Source of the DNA: Adineta vaga | Taxonomy: Eukaryota > Animalia > Rotifera | Length of the DNA: 64,000 nucleotides | Direction: 5' to 3' | Assembly (NCBI GenBank): GCA_021613535.1 | Contig: CP075492.1 | Location: forward strand, 8,261,653 to 8,325,652 | In this document: piece after piece, positions 51,438 to 64,000 of the stretch | How the letters are laid out: each line of letters begins with the position of its first letter | Numbering within the stretch: the first letter of the stretch is position 1 | Made by a program: the position numbers and the translations under genes | Notes under the pieces: generated by a model | Told to the model about the DNA's origin: nothing | Database searches by the model: none | What the model saw: the letters and a program-made list of their open reading frames with translations, nothing else

Positions 51438-52809
51438 GATAAGAGAGATTGTTGATTTTTAAAAATTCATTTTAATACTCATTTTTACAAAAAAGAAATA
51501 GTTAAGAATATTTTTCTGTTTTTGCTATGACTCAATATATTATTAACAAAAACAAGTCTGTCTACACGAACAGACGAAGAAGGAAGATATATCTGAAGAA
51601 TTTAATTATACACCTGATAAAAAAGATTAGTTATCACTTGTTTGATGATATTAAAGAATTAGTTTTTTGTACAAAAAAATTGAATCTTAGTTTTTCATAA
51701 TTCTTATTGAGTGAAAATAAACGAAAAATAAACAGTATATTCAACTTAATAGGGGGCGCTAGTCAACAGTAATAGTCATTATTACTAAATGTCATTAGTA
51801 TAAACAAATAAATACAAGTAACTTTTGTATTAAAAATACACATTTTATTAGTTGTGACAGTTACCTTCTGAAATCATATAAATCTAAACAACATCATCAT
51901 CTATAATCGAATAGGACTCATTTAATAGTGTGCACTATGTTATCTCTCACTTCTTGGATGCAAGATAATTTCAATCATAGTAGCTTATAATCAATATGTG
52001 AAACGTTAGTATGGAAATGTATCTGTAACGATCGATTGCAATTTTCAAATCCATCAAGCACGCAACAGATTTAAACATGACACAGATCATTCAATTTTAA
52101 ACGGGAGTTATTCTCGACAATAGTTGAACTGGTGTTACACAAACGAGGGATAATGTATCAATGTCAGAATAGTACTATTTTATAACTTCACACATTGTAT
52201 CATAAATACCACATAAAACTCAAAAGACTAGAAAAGTTTCTTATACCTCTATAAATGTCAGTATCAGAACATAATCGAGTTTGAGAAATTCTTGAAAAGT
52301 ACTATTGGTTTCAAAACAATAACCACCTGTCGCAAACAGAACACGAAAATATTGGATATAATCAAAAGATATGATTGGTCTATACCGTTCGTTTTGGTTG
52401 ATTGAAACTTGAGTATCTATGGTTATCTTTCATAAAGATTTGTCAATATCTATGTGTTATATTTAGATATTTTATTGACTTGGTGGTATCTAGAATGTCT
52501 TTTCGATATAGATCGTTTTTATGTTATATGTTCTTCATTGTATCCATTAATCTAGATAGAAAAACTATCCGAGATGAATAGTAGCTGAGCATATTTGTTA
52601 GCTCTAAAAGTTTCTGATTTAGGTGACAATCTGCTTCTTTAGGATGTCTGCTGAAATTTAAAACACATCTTTTGACTTATGTTTATTTTCAAAAAGAGTT
52701 GATCATGACGAGGTGTCATTATGATAAATCATTCATTGAAATCGTACAGGGACACGATACAGTGTTCGATTTCGAACATTTTCGACGAGTTCATATAACA
52801 TTGTATTGA

Positions 52810-53265
52810 CTATATGATATGATATTCATTATCAGATACAAATATTGACATTCGTCGTTCTTTCAATTGTTTTTCATCTATGCAAAAGTCTAGTTGCAAA
52901 AAGCTTGAATCGGATTCCATTATGTCATACAGTTTATTTTTTATATTTTCCAAAAATTTCTGATTTGTAGACCGACTACAAAAAGAGAGAAAAATATAAT
53001 CATATGTTATATTACTTATTGTAAGGAAGCATAAACTTTTTGCGTTTCTTCTAAATTTCACTCTTCGATTTTTGTAATTAAAAAACTTCTTTCGACGAGT
53101 CTCAGACTTTAATACAATATTTTTTGACAATTTCTCTTGCAAATCTGTATTTTTAACAACATAAAACAATTGAAAGTCTTTTTTACACAAGTATGAGAGG
53201 CCGTTTCTGAGTAGAAGTGTATTTAACTCCGCAATATTTCTGTCTTGGATTATAAATTGGTTCAC
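52810..53265 (-). CDS. Hypothetical 151-aa protein from an ORF-only call. It lies upstream of and divergent from the RdRP gene.
   Basis: A 453-nt ORF is unusual in AT-rich sequence where stop codons are frequent. The protein is K/N/F-rich with no recognisable domain. It could also be a transposon relic or a chance ORF. Confidence 0.25.
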   Translation of the reverse strand: MNQFIIQDRNIAELNTLLLRNGLSYLCKKDFQLFYVVKNTDLQEKLSKNIVLKSETRRKKFFNYKNRRVKFRRNAKSLCFLTISNITYDYIFLSFCSRSTNQKFLENIKNKLYDIMESDSSFLQLDFCIDEKQLKERRMSIFVSDNEYHII

Positions 53266-54388
53266 ATTTCTTCTTTAGATTCCTCCTTTTTTCAACGATA
53301 GTCGATCATTTCAAAAACATTCTTCTTTTTTATTCAGGTGAAATATAATCGATTCTTTCTAGAAACACCGAAAGGCATTCATTTCTCCGTCGCAGACCAT
53401 ACAAAATGCTTCACAGGTAAGACAGTTACGCAGGTATTTTCATGGTAACAGAGAGTAACCGCAATAGATGCGAATATATTTATTTTAGTACAATGTTTTA
53501 TAATTTTCACTACTAGATTGTGAAATGTTACTTCTTGAGATAATAATTCTGTCTATTCAAATAATTTGAATTCAAGGAATCGTAAAATTATATAGAGCTT
53601 GTATATGTACGTAAATGTTAATCTGACGAAGACTTTGAATTCTTTTGAAACTATCGTTTTGTTATTTATGTCTATCGCATTAGTTATGATCAAGACATAA
53701 GAGTTCTCAAATTCATAAAAATATATGACAAACAATCGGAGACACTTTCTTCTTTGATACTGTCAAAAAAAACAATTTACTTTGCTATCCAATATTGACA
53801 TTAGAAATTCATAAGTGCTGAAGAATTGACAAAAGAATTTTTACCGGGAGGAATAGATTTACTCACAAGAAAGCGTTCTCAAAACCACTACATCCACACA
53901 TCCGGTTTGAGGAGACAGCTAATTTAGGTTAATGGAAGTTTTAAAAACATATTTGAGTAACGAGCCTTTTGAAAGTATATAAAAAAAGGTTTGAAAGAAC
54001 GATTCAGATATTGAGATCGATAATTATGACCAAGTATTAGAAACCATTATTGCAAAATCAGATGTATAAATTGTAGCTATTGTATATATTAATGATAAAA
54101 GATTACACTTCTATAAGACAGATGGAGAATACATTCTGTAATTTCTCTATTGTGAAAAAGTGATTGATTCAGTTTTAAAGTATACAAACGTCGTCTTTAC
54201 AAAATACGATCTACTAAGTAGCTTTTTGGATACTTTGGTGTGATTCGCTCTAAGGACCTGTTCTCATGAGCATTTTAAGGAGAAATTAGACACTTGTTTT
54301 TTTTCTTTCGAATAGAAGTCGATCAGTTGATGGTGATTCTGTACCATGTGAATTTAAGAATCTTCGTATAAATTCAAATGCAAGTTAT

Positions 54389-57300
54389 ATGATATGCAAA
54401 AATATTAATACGAAATTAAGATCACAAAGAGAAATTAAAGGAGATCCCATAGAGCAGTCTAATATAGAACAATTAAGCAGTTATGAACGTAAAATGGCAT
54501 ATTTTATACGTTTTCATCTACGAGATATTTTAACCAGTGATCATCTTCATGTTTGGTTTAATATTCAGACAAAATCATTAGAAGAAATTCAAGATCGAAG
54601 TCAAATATTGAGAAATGTTCCGGAAGACATCGATGTTGTCTATTGTTTTGGATCGATGCTTTCATATGATACATTTATTGAACACTCTAATGATCGTTCT
54701 CTTGCTCGTATTTGTCTTCAAAAACGCTCTAAAGCAATTCAATTAAAAATAGGATCATGTGTTATATTGATTGAACTCAGAAATATTGATTCACAACTTC
54801 TAATCAATCATTCAACTAAGGATAACTCTATACAAGTTATTTTTATGCTTAAATCACCACCGATTATCGAACAACTACAAGGACAAATTCATCGGTAAGT
54901 TAGAGAAGTATTTCATTGGATATAAATCATCTTTACTAGACTGTGTCTTTTCTCATCGTAAATTCGAACGTAAAAACAAAATACGAAATATTTTCTTCTT
55001 GAAGTTTTTATATCTTCTAACTGCATGACATCATTCTTCAAACTAAAATCCTAAAAATGTCATAGGTTAATTTCTATAATTTATGTATTTAGTGATAGAA
55101 AAGCAATGATCGAAGGAATTCCACATTGCAGTGATTTGCTCATTCGTTTCTTTCCAGCAAGTCATGCATGGATATTCTTACGAGAATTACCAATTGCTGG
55201 ATATACTCGCAGACCATCCGGTAATTTATTTCATATAAATTTTGCTATATTTGCATGGCAAAAAGATCCCAGTTATTTACTTCCTATGGGTAAACCAACG
55301 TACAATTCGTACTATGAATCTTATGCTATGGAAATGCTCTGGTCATTGGGTTATATCTATCAAGATAAATACAATGCTGATTCACAAGTGATGAACAATA
55401 TGCGAAATAAGAATTTCTATGATTTAGGTTGTAAAATTTGGCATAATTTAAAAATAAATCACTGTTATCGTCTTCGAGATGCATTAAATGATCGAAAATC
55501 ACAAAATAATACTAAGAATTCAAGTGGATCATCAGAATTGAAAGAAGTAGCATTTGTAATATTAACACCATCTCGTATTGAATATCAACCAATGCCAACA
55601 ACAATTTCTCATCGAGGTTTTAATTTTTACGATTCTGAACAGTGGTTGCTTGTTCATATACGAGATCATAATGGAATGGATAAGATTCGTGAATTAGATT
55701 TACAGAATAAAGTACGATTCAAGAATTTCATGATACAAGGTATTCGTCGAAATGATCGTTTGTATCGATATTTTGGTTCATCGAATAGTCAAATGAAAGA
55801 TCAAGCTGGTTGGTTTTTATCTCTTCCTCAAGGAGAAACGATAGAAAAAGCACGTGAAAAACTTGGTGAATTATCAAAAATACCCAATGTATCTACATAC
55901 ACGGCAAGACTTGGTTTGTATCTATCAACATCACGATCTGCTGAAGTAAGATTACTTTTCAATTAACTTGATTCTTTCTAAAAGATTATATGGTATGATA
56001 ATTAATATTCATTTTTCACATCTAGATCAAGCTAGTGAAGAAAGGCGAAGCACAAGATAAAGACGGAGGATCATATATAAACCAATCATCAGGATTCTTT
56101 TCTTCTCTGATAACGTTCCAAGAAGGTATTATAAATGAAGTCTGAATGAAGTATTTCTCAGGGAGATATTTTTAGGTTTTTAAATCTGAAAATAAACCAA
56201 TAGAATATATGGCTATTATTATACCGGATGAGAAGCATAATGACTTTAACTTTACTGATGGTTGTGGTAAAATTTCATGGGCTCTTGCCAAAAAGGTTGC
56301 GTTGAATATCGGTATAAAAATTAGCGAGAATGTAAGTTGTATCAAAGCTTTTCAAACATTCTACTCAATGTATGATTCTAGTCGGATGTACCATCGGCGT
56401 TTCAAGTTCGAATAGCTGGCTGCAAAGGCATGTTATCTATAGATCCCAAATCAAAAGGCAAAGGCAAATTGTACTATATTTTGGTTCGAAAGAGTATGGT
56501 CAAGTTTGATAGTGATGATTGGACTCTGCACATTGTCGACCATTCGCGTCCTAGTAAGTGCTCAATAAAGCAGACAATCTTCATAAACTTTCTATTTAGT
56601 GCCACTAAGCTTGAACAATCAAGTTATTCGTTTATTGAGCGACTTGGGTATTAGTAATGGTATGTTCGAATCGATTCAACAACGATGTATCGACCAGAAA
56701 GAATTCTGGCATCCACCACCAAAAAGTTATCTGAATGCAATGGATTCTCTTGATCAACAAGCAATTGAGGATAAACGAAAACAATACAAAAATGCGTATG
56801 TTTCTTGTTTTTTTTATAGTATCCATATACTAGAATGCAGTTGAAACTTTTCAGAAAACATTTTCTTGAACGAAATAAAATACCATTACCATTAAATGAT
56901 GGTCGATTCCTATTTGGAATTGCAGATGAAACAGGAACATTGAAACCAGGACAATGTTTTATCCAGTATCGGGATCTCAGGAATTCACCAAGATCAAAAA
57001 TATATCATGTACATGAAGGTACAATTGTAACAGTCCATATTTCTAAAACATGATTCATTGTTCGAAACAAATTTATTCTAGGAACTGTTATAGTGACAAA
57101 AAATCCATGTCTTCATCCTGGAGATGTACGTAAACTTGAGGCAGTTTGGGTAGAAGCACTAGAGTCTTGTATACGCGATTGTATTGTATTCAGTACACAA
57201 GGTCTTCGGCCAAGTTTCAATGAAATGGCTGGTTCCGATTTAGACGGCGATCAATACTGGGTCTATTGGGGCGATGAACTCAAAGTTACACGACCCGTTG

Positions 57301-57905
57301 AACCACTATTATATCCATCAGCCGAGAAAAAGCCTAGCGGTTCTATAACTAATGATCTCATTGTCGATCATGTACTTAATTCATTTACAAATAGTGTCGT
57401 CGGTACGATCGGTAATTTACACAAGGTTATTGCTGACAAAGATCCACGTGGCACCCTCTCTCCAGAATGCAAAGAATGTGCATCACTCTTTGCTCGAGCA
57501 ATTGACGCATGCAAAACCGGTGAAGAAATTCCCAAAAATCGAATTAATCAACTGAAGGAAAAATATTATCAAACATGTCCAACCTGGATGATGAAATTTG
57601 ATAAACCAGTTATGGATCCACCAAGTACATCAATCAACGAAATTCTTTTTCGCAAAGCTCAAGAATCATGGCTAGATGAAGATTGCTATCATGATATTGT
57701 TCGACCATTTCAAGGTGTTGAATTTCCTGAAGAATTAATTGCAATTGATATTGACGATACAAATGAAACAGAAGGAACTCAAGATGAAAGTCAAATCCAA
57801 CGTATGGCTATTATATTATGCTGCAAATCATGCTGTTTATGCATATTTTGGACTGCAATCGTAATAGTCCTTTTATACGGTATTTTAAATTGGTGGAAAA
57901 AGTAA
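54389..57905 (+). CDS. Cellular RNA-dependent RNA polymerase of the RDR family (as in RRF/EGO-1/QDE-1), with 8 or more exons. Approximate exons: 54389-54895, 55093-55943, about 56026-56140, about 56185-56336, 56384-56554, 56598-56794, about 56822-56994, 57082-57905.
   Basis: The last exon contains GTVIVTKNPCLHPGDVRKLEAVWVEAL...VFSTQGLRPSFNEMAGSDLDGDQYWVYWGDEL. DLDGD is the RDR catalytic signature, and ...KNPCLHPGD... is the conserved motif preceding it. Upstream exons give RLYRYFGSSNSQMKDQAGWFLS, IIPDEKHNDFNFTDGCGKISWALAKKV, DVPSAFQVRIAGCKGMLSIDP, LNNQVIRLLSDLGISNGMFESIQQ and LNDGRFLFGIADETGTLKPGQCFIQY. All are canonical RDR blocks, and they join with consistent phases. The exon 3/4 junction is the only one I could not resolve cleanly. 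Confidence 0.9.
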
Positions 57906-59333
57906 CAATAATACACTGTTTGGTTGATTTCATTAGTATGTTAAATATGTCGCATGGATTGAAATTTCATATAATATACAAAAAATCAGAATTCTTTAGC
58001 ATTTAGATTCCTCTCACATAATTAATTGACCAAGTCTTTTTTTTCTGTACTAATGAGTATTATTCAATAAACTTATTCATAAATCTATAGTTTTCACTGT
58101 AATAAAACGGTTTTAAAATACGATAAAAGACAATTCTTGCAGCTCATGTATATTATCATGCAAGAAAAGAAAAGAATATCCTTATATCATATAGCAGTTG
58201 GTGCCTCTGTATAAATGCAAATGAACTACATCATCATTGATACAACAGCAGTAGTCACCACATATATAAGTGTTTCACTTCGCTCATTCTTCATTTTCTT
58301 TCGGTCACGTACGACACTTAACTTGATAGATATGGTTCATTAACAGATCAACCACATCATCTTAAAATCATAAACAAATTGTCAAAAAAGATGAGCATGT
58401 CTTCGAAGAAAAACGATTAGTCAATTTTTCTGAATAATCAACCTGTCTTCGTTTATTTATCTAAACGAGTTCATCTCTTTTTCGTTGGTGAAAAGAAATC
58501 AATGATGCAGCAAACGTTGGCACTATATAAATAGCTCAATTTTTCTTCAATATTTCAGAATCAATTGTCAATCCGTAAGTACCATTCAATATGAGGTTAA
58601 TCTTCGAACAGGTTCACATTTGTTTGCTGATGATTAACAAAAAATTCATAGAAGCAAGGATCTGTGTACCTGCACGATATTAGCCGAGATTTGACGATAT
58701 ACTTCTTTTTAAACCATATAATTTATCCGAAAAAAATTGGAATTAAACAGATTTTCAAGAAATAGGCTCATCACCTGTAAACTGAACGGATTCGATCTAT
58801 TTTCAGTTGCCAGGTCTTTGGCCCTCTTGCGAGAATCTCTTTGCATCGATGATAGATATATTTTCTTTTTCTTTCTTTAATAGATCATTGTCTGAAAGAA
58901 AATCTGCGCTTAAAAATGCTAATTTTTTTAAGAATATATATACAAACAGATGTATTTTTACATATGATCAAGGAAAGATGGAAATCAATTGTTCGTATAG
59001 ATTTGCTGTTGACTTTATTTTATTACACAACATTGTCGAAAGTAGATATTTAAATTTTTTTATTTTTGAATAGCAAATGATGAAACTAATGAATTCTTCT
59101 TCTTCTTCTTCGTCTTTATTTACAATCAAAAAACCATTGCACATGAAAAAATGTTCGAAAAACACGAAGGATAAATTGATTCTATTTACAGACAAGAAAA
59201 ACGAGACAAACAATGAGAATTAGGCTCAGATAAACACATTGTTATATATATATATATTAATTACATTCAATAACAAATTTGACAATAGATATCACAAGAT
59301 GGAGAATTCAATTGATTTTTAGTCAGAAAAATT

Positions 59334-61602
59334 AACCTTGTGATGAAATTTGTGGTGGACGTAATAATTCTTTCTCTTGATCTTTAGTTAGTGCATACAA
59401 CAGATGTTTATTAACTTGACGCTAAAAAAAACACCGAAAGATATAATTATAATATGCACTCGAACGAAAATCTTACTCTTCGGTTAAAAAAGAATAATTC
59501 TATGACGACAATAATAGCAATCAATGATAGTAATGCAATGATGATGTAAACTAATTTCATCGATTCATAGCCGTAACGACCTTTTTCAAGAATCATACTA
59601 GCACGTTGCAATCGATGTAATGTTTCATTGTTCAGTGTAATTGTCTGAAAAGATAATCATAAAAAAAACAGAAATAGTAAAAGAAATGATTGATCCAATC
59701 TTTACTTGATCAATCCACATCATTGGAATCAATCGTCGAACAGCACGTGTATGAGTAGGTCTAAACATACCAACGAATTCGGTGTCTTTCTTGAGAAAAG
59801 AAAAATCTTTCGTCTTACTCAGTCGATCCATCTGGATTAAGTCTAAGACGATCAATCCAAGCATTTGTACTTAATTGAATACGTAATTGAGCTCGAACTG
59901 GTGTACCAGAGATTGGTTCGAAATATATAGTTGATTCATGTTTATTAAAATCCGGTTGAAAATTAATATTTGTCAATGATGAATTATGACCATACATATG
60001 TGGTTTTGATAAAAAGACAGTTTCCGTAGGAATTTCAGCTATAAAGACAAGTATGAATAAATAATTTAGATCAAGAAATTTTCTCATACCAGAAAGACAT
60101 TTTGTAATATCGAGTTTATCTGCTTCGGGACAAGTTTCATCCATTTGTGGACATTGTTCTACATCAATTAATTTTAAAACATATTCATGTAACATATCAA
60201 AACCAAATTTAGACACTGTTCGATTGTATCGAAGTTGGACAGGTCTAAAAGTATCAAATTAAATATTAACGAAATTTTCTATTCTATCTGTACAAACCGA
60301 CAAAAATCAGGTTGAAATACATTGAGAACTTTTCGATTGGGTGGATTTCCCAATGGTGGAAAAGTTAAACCATCTAAAATCAAACCAAACAAATTCTTTT
60401 CAATCGTTCGAAATATATATTTTCTTACCAAAAATATCCGTTCGCCAATCGTGATTTGTTGTTTTAAATGGTGTACTAAATTAAATATTATATTCATATA
60501 ACATAAAACTAGTAAATCAAATTATATTCTTTACTATTCAGTTTCAAAATCAATCATTTGTCCTTTCATTGAAGAATTATTAATACCAGTATGAATAGTA
60601 AAATTAAATCCATTTGTTCCATTGTACTAAAGAAGTAATGATAATCATTAATCGAATTTTTCGTATTTGATCGATTCTTACTCGATAGATAAATCCATAT
60701 TTATCTCTGTTAGGTCCTTGCATTCGTGATGAAATTGCAGCAAATATGGGAGAAATATATCCTTCTAATTTATCAATCGCTTTTGAATAGTTAAAGGCAT
60801 TATTTCCACCAAGAATATAGAAGATAGGATCAGCCACACGACCAAATTTTGTTCGAAACATCTATAAAAATCATTGCTTTTTCTTCAACAAAACAATTAT
60901 GTGTCTTTAAGAAATTAACTTACAACACGAAGTATATCAACGAAGGCACCTTCTTGGTTGAGTATAGTTTCATTGTAATCACCAACGAGTGAATATACGT
61001 TCAATTGAGTAATGAATTTTCGAATTATTATTTAACCATTTAACATTATTCTTTTTAACGGTAACTCTATAATATACAAAAATTGCAATCATAATACTTG
61101 TTCACAATTTCATAGCAATCTAAAGACAACTTACCTGTACATAAACGGCAGTGTCTCTTCAAAATTCATCATTGGATTATTTGTATCGGTCATAATATCC
61201 ATATAATTTGTTATATTAAATAGCCGATAAGCACGTATGGTTTGAATCGGTGGAATAGTCCAACTCTCATTTCCATCGGATGAGGGTGCTAAACGTATTT
61301 TCTAAACAATGATGAAAAAAAAAGAATCAATTGCTTTTCATCTGAAAAAATGGATTTTGATTTACTTGAAGAACTTTTTCTTGAATAATATGTTCGACAC
61401 GTGGCCATGTTGATACAAAAATAATAAAAGGTACAAAAAGTAACAGTAGAAATAATACTTCACATGTTACACGAGCAGGAAGTGAACATATTCTTAGATT
61501 TCTTTTCGTTGGAATTGTACTATAAAAAGAAGAAGAGAAAAAAACGAATTACAATTAAAGAAAATCTTCAGAAATAAACACTCACGGAGTAGTCGATTGT
61601 GA
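59334..61602 (-). CDS. CD36/SCARB-family scavenger receptor (class B; croquemort/LIMP-2-like), about 9 exons. It has an N-terminal TM, a large ectodomain and a C-terminal TM.
   Basis: Exon 1 is MEQQSQSTT. Exon 2 is ...VLFLLLLFVPFIIFVSTWPRVEHIIQEKVLQ (the TM1 segment). Exon 3 is KIRLAPSSDGNESWTIPPIQTIRAYRLFNITNYMDIMTDTNNPMMNFEETLPFMYR, compared with human CD36 which I recall as [44 protein letters not shown]. Later exons give EPISGTPVRAQLRIQLSTNAWIDRLRL (CD36 [22 protein letters not shown]) and a C-terminal TM IIALLSLIAIIVVIELFFF. Confidence 0.85.
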
Positions 61603-63740
61603 TTGTTGTTCCATTGTGTTTTTCTATAGATGTGCTTTAACCTTATGCTCGCTGAGGTTAATGATAAGAATAGGAAAAAAAGTACATACACAGATACATA
61701 CAGTATATCTTGAAAGAAGAAAAGAAAGTTATTGTTTTCACTGTAAATATCAGAATGTATATCAGCGACACTCGTTATCCAGTAGAATAGGTTTTCACAT
61801 CAATAGTCTCAATAAACAAAAAATTACACTGACATTTGTGGATTAAGATATTCTGTTTAATCTTTACTTTCGGTTCATTACATACAATTGAAAAAGTCTG
61901 GATATCATTATGAAGTTTATCAGAATTATATCTTTGAACATGAATCAGATACTAAATACAAGTTAATTTTTAGATCTGTGACATTACAATATAGAATATG
62001 AAGATACAAACTCGAGTATACTGAGTAATTCGATCTATATTTCAGCTCATATAACAAGACACAACTAAGTGTACGTTGTCCTCGTTCTTCTTCGTCTTCT
62101 TCTTCTCCTTCTCCATTCACACATACATGTCTATTGAAAATTCGAGATGCAATCTATCCTTTTCTTTCTTAAAACTTATCAATTGTGGAAAAAAGCATCT
62201 TCTTTCGAGAGTTACTTAATCTACATACTAATTGTGTTCCGCAATATAATCCTTGAGTGTATGTTCTGTTAGATGAAATAAGCAAACAAAGCGAATAGCA
62301 GAGGTCAAAATACATCCGTTTTATCTTTCATATAATGAAAAGGAAGTATTAGAGATAATTCAATCAACATTAAAGCGCTCAATTGATAATAGAGATCTTC
62401 TACTTAAAGTAGTTTCATGGTAGATTGTTCAAAATTTCTTCATTGGGTTCAAGTAATCGGATCAATTGTATTGATTAGTACATTCATCTTCTTTTTTATA
62501 CTTCTTTGGCATGCTGATTGTTTACTCATATTAAATTCGATGAGTAATGTGGAACAATCTGAATGTTTTTGGTAGATAATAAACAATTATAGTGTTGAAA
62601 ATATCGATGTTATTTTATATTTCGTTAAACGAATACTAATCTAAGTTAAGATAGATCTTTGAATCTATCATATACAAAGTAATCTCAAGCAAAACCATAT
62701 ACTTAGAATTCAAGTTTGACAAGCTGTCAAGTTTCATATTTATTATCTTGTAACAGATCACATCGTAATTTTGTGTAGTATTTGTTTATCGATATTCTAC
62801 GCGAATGTTTCTTTCCTTAGTCAACATGAAATATCTGTATTGTGTCACATATACTGTTATTTATTGTTGATTATTTCGCGGTACTCGGTAACTGTCAGTT
62901 TTCTCGGATTGATTTCGAAATACTTAGACACATCTTGACATATATCAGATTTATCTATTTATTTATAGGAACTAATCGAGTGAGTTATACTATATGGATG
63001 ATATGATTTCGCTTGACTACGTTACTATCAATTGTGTCCTTAATTTGACAAGGTTTTCAAACAGATCTATAAGTTGATTAGATATAAGTATCAAGTTTCA
63101 TCTTTCATGAACGAGATTGGTTTTCGAATCTATGAACATATGAATCACTAAACAGCTTTTGTATTGAGAGGTTTTTTTTTGTATCTTAGATAAAATCAAT
63201 AGATTTCACTGCAACATAAATCTTAATCAGTGTTTAGGATTTCAAAAAGGTAATCGTTATTTTTAATTATATAATAAATTTTATCAAGTGTAATCATTCA
63301 CTTTTTATAATAATCAATCTTATAATTTCAAGTGTTATAAATAAACAAACTATCTCAAATTCGATTTTTTCCAATAAATATATCTATCTATATTTCTCTG
63401 TAACTCCCTCTTTCGTCATAATGTTTACCAGCATTCTAATAATTCTCTTTTTTATCTATCTGTCCCTCGCTCTCTCTCTCTATACACATAAATACATCTA
63501 TCTTTCCATATATATATATATCATCTTGTTCTTTTTCCATGGTTTGCTTTTATCAACAATCTCGAGACGATATCAGAAGAAAAGAGAGAAAAAACCTCTT
63601 CTCTGTCGTCATTGCACATGAAGAAAAGAAAATAATGAGGTTAGAGAGAATAGTACATAGCAATAATCGACGTCAATAACTAGGAAATATCTTCCGTTTT
63701 TTTCACTGATACAAGGTCAGAACGAAATAAACTATTTGTT

Positions 63741-63951
63741 CAGATTATCATGGAAAAACAACAATCATTGCAAATTATTTGTCTTCAAACACACTTGTCT
63801 CAATCCCATTATCAATCCTATCCAATCCTTAAGCAATATCTTCTTCAACGTATTCGTCTTAGCCTAAAAACTCAATCATCAACAAGTAATACACGATCCA
63901 TTGAAGAAAATGATCAACAACCGACTTTAGTTATACTTCCAGAGTGTACAG
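63741..63951 (+). CDS. First exon of a possible carbon-nitrogen hydrolase (nitrilase/NIT2-like) gene, cut off by the window edge.
   Basis: MEKQQSLQIICLQTHLSQSHYQSYPILKQYLLQRIRL...QPTLVILPECTG|gtacatgg. The pattern hydrophobic-IxLQ...(about 30 aa)...LV(I/S)LPEC resembles the N-terminus of NIT2/nitrilase-fold enzymes (LALIQLQ...IVSLPECFN). This is tentative. Confidence 0.3.
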
Positions 63952-64000
63952 GTACATGGTTGTATTATATGTGTGTGCCGATGCCGAATTTTCTACATAA

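Noticed and set aside
58807-59213. ORFs of 88 aa (plus) and 81 aa (minus) between the RdRP and CD36 genes.
   Set aside because: They are AT-rich, partly low-complexity (EEEEEE from a gaa run), and have no domain or splice support. They are most likely chance ORFs in 3' intergenic sequence.
1-64000. Possibility that this is prokaryotic or viral sequence, with CRISPR arrays or operons.
   Set aside because: GT-AG introns occur throughout with consistent phases, and the gene content is metazoan (14-3-3, AP-3, LRR-TM, neuropeptide). No direct-repeat/spacer arrays or Shine-Dalgarno-linked operons are present.

Overview
This window is eukaryotic nuclear DNA, not prokaryotic. It is AT-rich (about 30-35% GC), gene-dense (roughly 22 protein-coding genes in 64 kb on both strands) and has many short introns of about 45-75 bp with GT..AG boundaries. 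Acceptors are mostly tttag, atag or tcag. Dinucleotide microsatellites ((CT)n, (GA)n, (CA)n) and CAA/CAG-encoded polyQ tracts occur frequently. The gene content is clearly metazoan, and the compact architecture fits a small invertebrate genome such as a rotifer or other spiralian. I cannot assign the taxon from sequence alone. The taxon guesses and 14 of the 15 gene identifications rest on my recall of protein families, not on any search; the neuropeptide precursor call rests on sequence architecture alone.

Genes recognised from the translated exons:
- bHLH-PAS transcription factor (minus strand)
- novel 4-TM protein (plus)
- AP-3 complex delta subunit (minus)
- SLC35B1-type nucleotide-sugar transporter (plus; shares a roughly 240 bp divergent promoter with AP-3 delta)
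- glycogen phosphorylase (plus)
- OGFR-like protein (minus)
- ILRUN/C6orf106 homolog (minus)
- two tandem ssSPT (SPTSSA-like) paralogs (minus)
- long coiled-coil, possibly CCDC66-like protein (minus)
- UBE2L3-like E2 (plus)
- LRR transmembrane receptor with a Toll-like ectodomain layout but no TIR domain (minus)
- 14-3-3 epsilon (minus)
- proline/Q/M-rich low-complexity protein (minus)
- tandem-repeat amidated-neuropeptide precursor (minus)
- small secreted peptide-precursor-like ORF (minus)
- Q-rich QQQQYPFYP-repeat protein (plus)
- KDM2-type JmjC/CXXC/PHD histone demethylase spanning about 7.3 kb (minus)
- cellular RNA-dependent RNA polymerase of the RDR family with the DLDGD catalytic motif (plus)
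- CD36/SCARB-family scavenger receptor (minus)
- start of a possible carbon-nitrogen hydrolase (plus) at the window edge

The most interesting items are the neuropeptide precursor, the intron-containing RdRP (rare in animals outside nematodes), the TIR-less Toll-like LRR receptor, the tandem ssSPT pair, and the KDM2 gene that seems to lack its F-box/LRR exons. Splice junction coordinates are approximate (about +/-5 nt) because they were worked out by hand.
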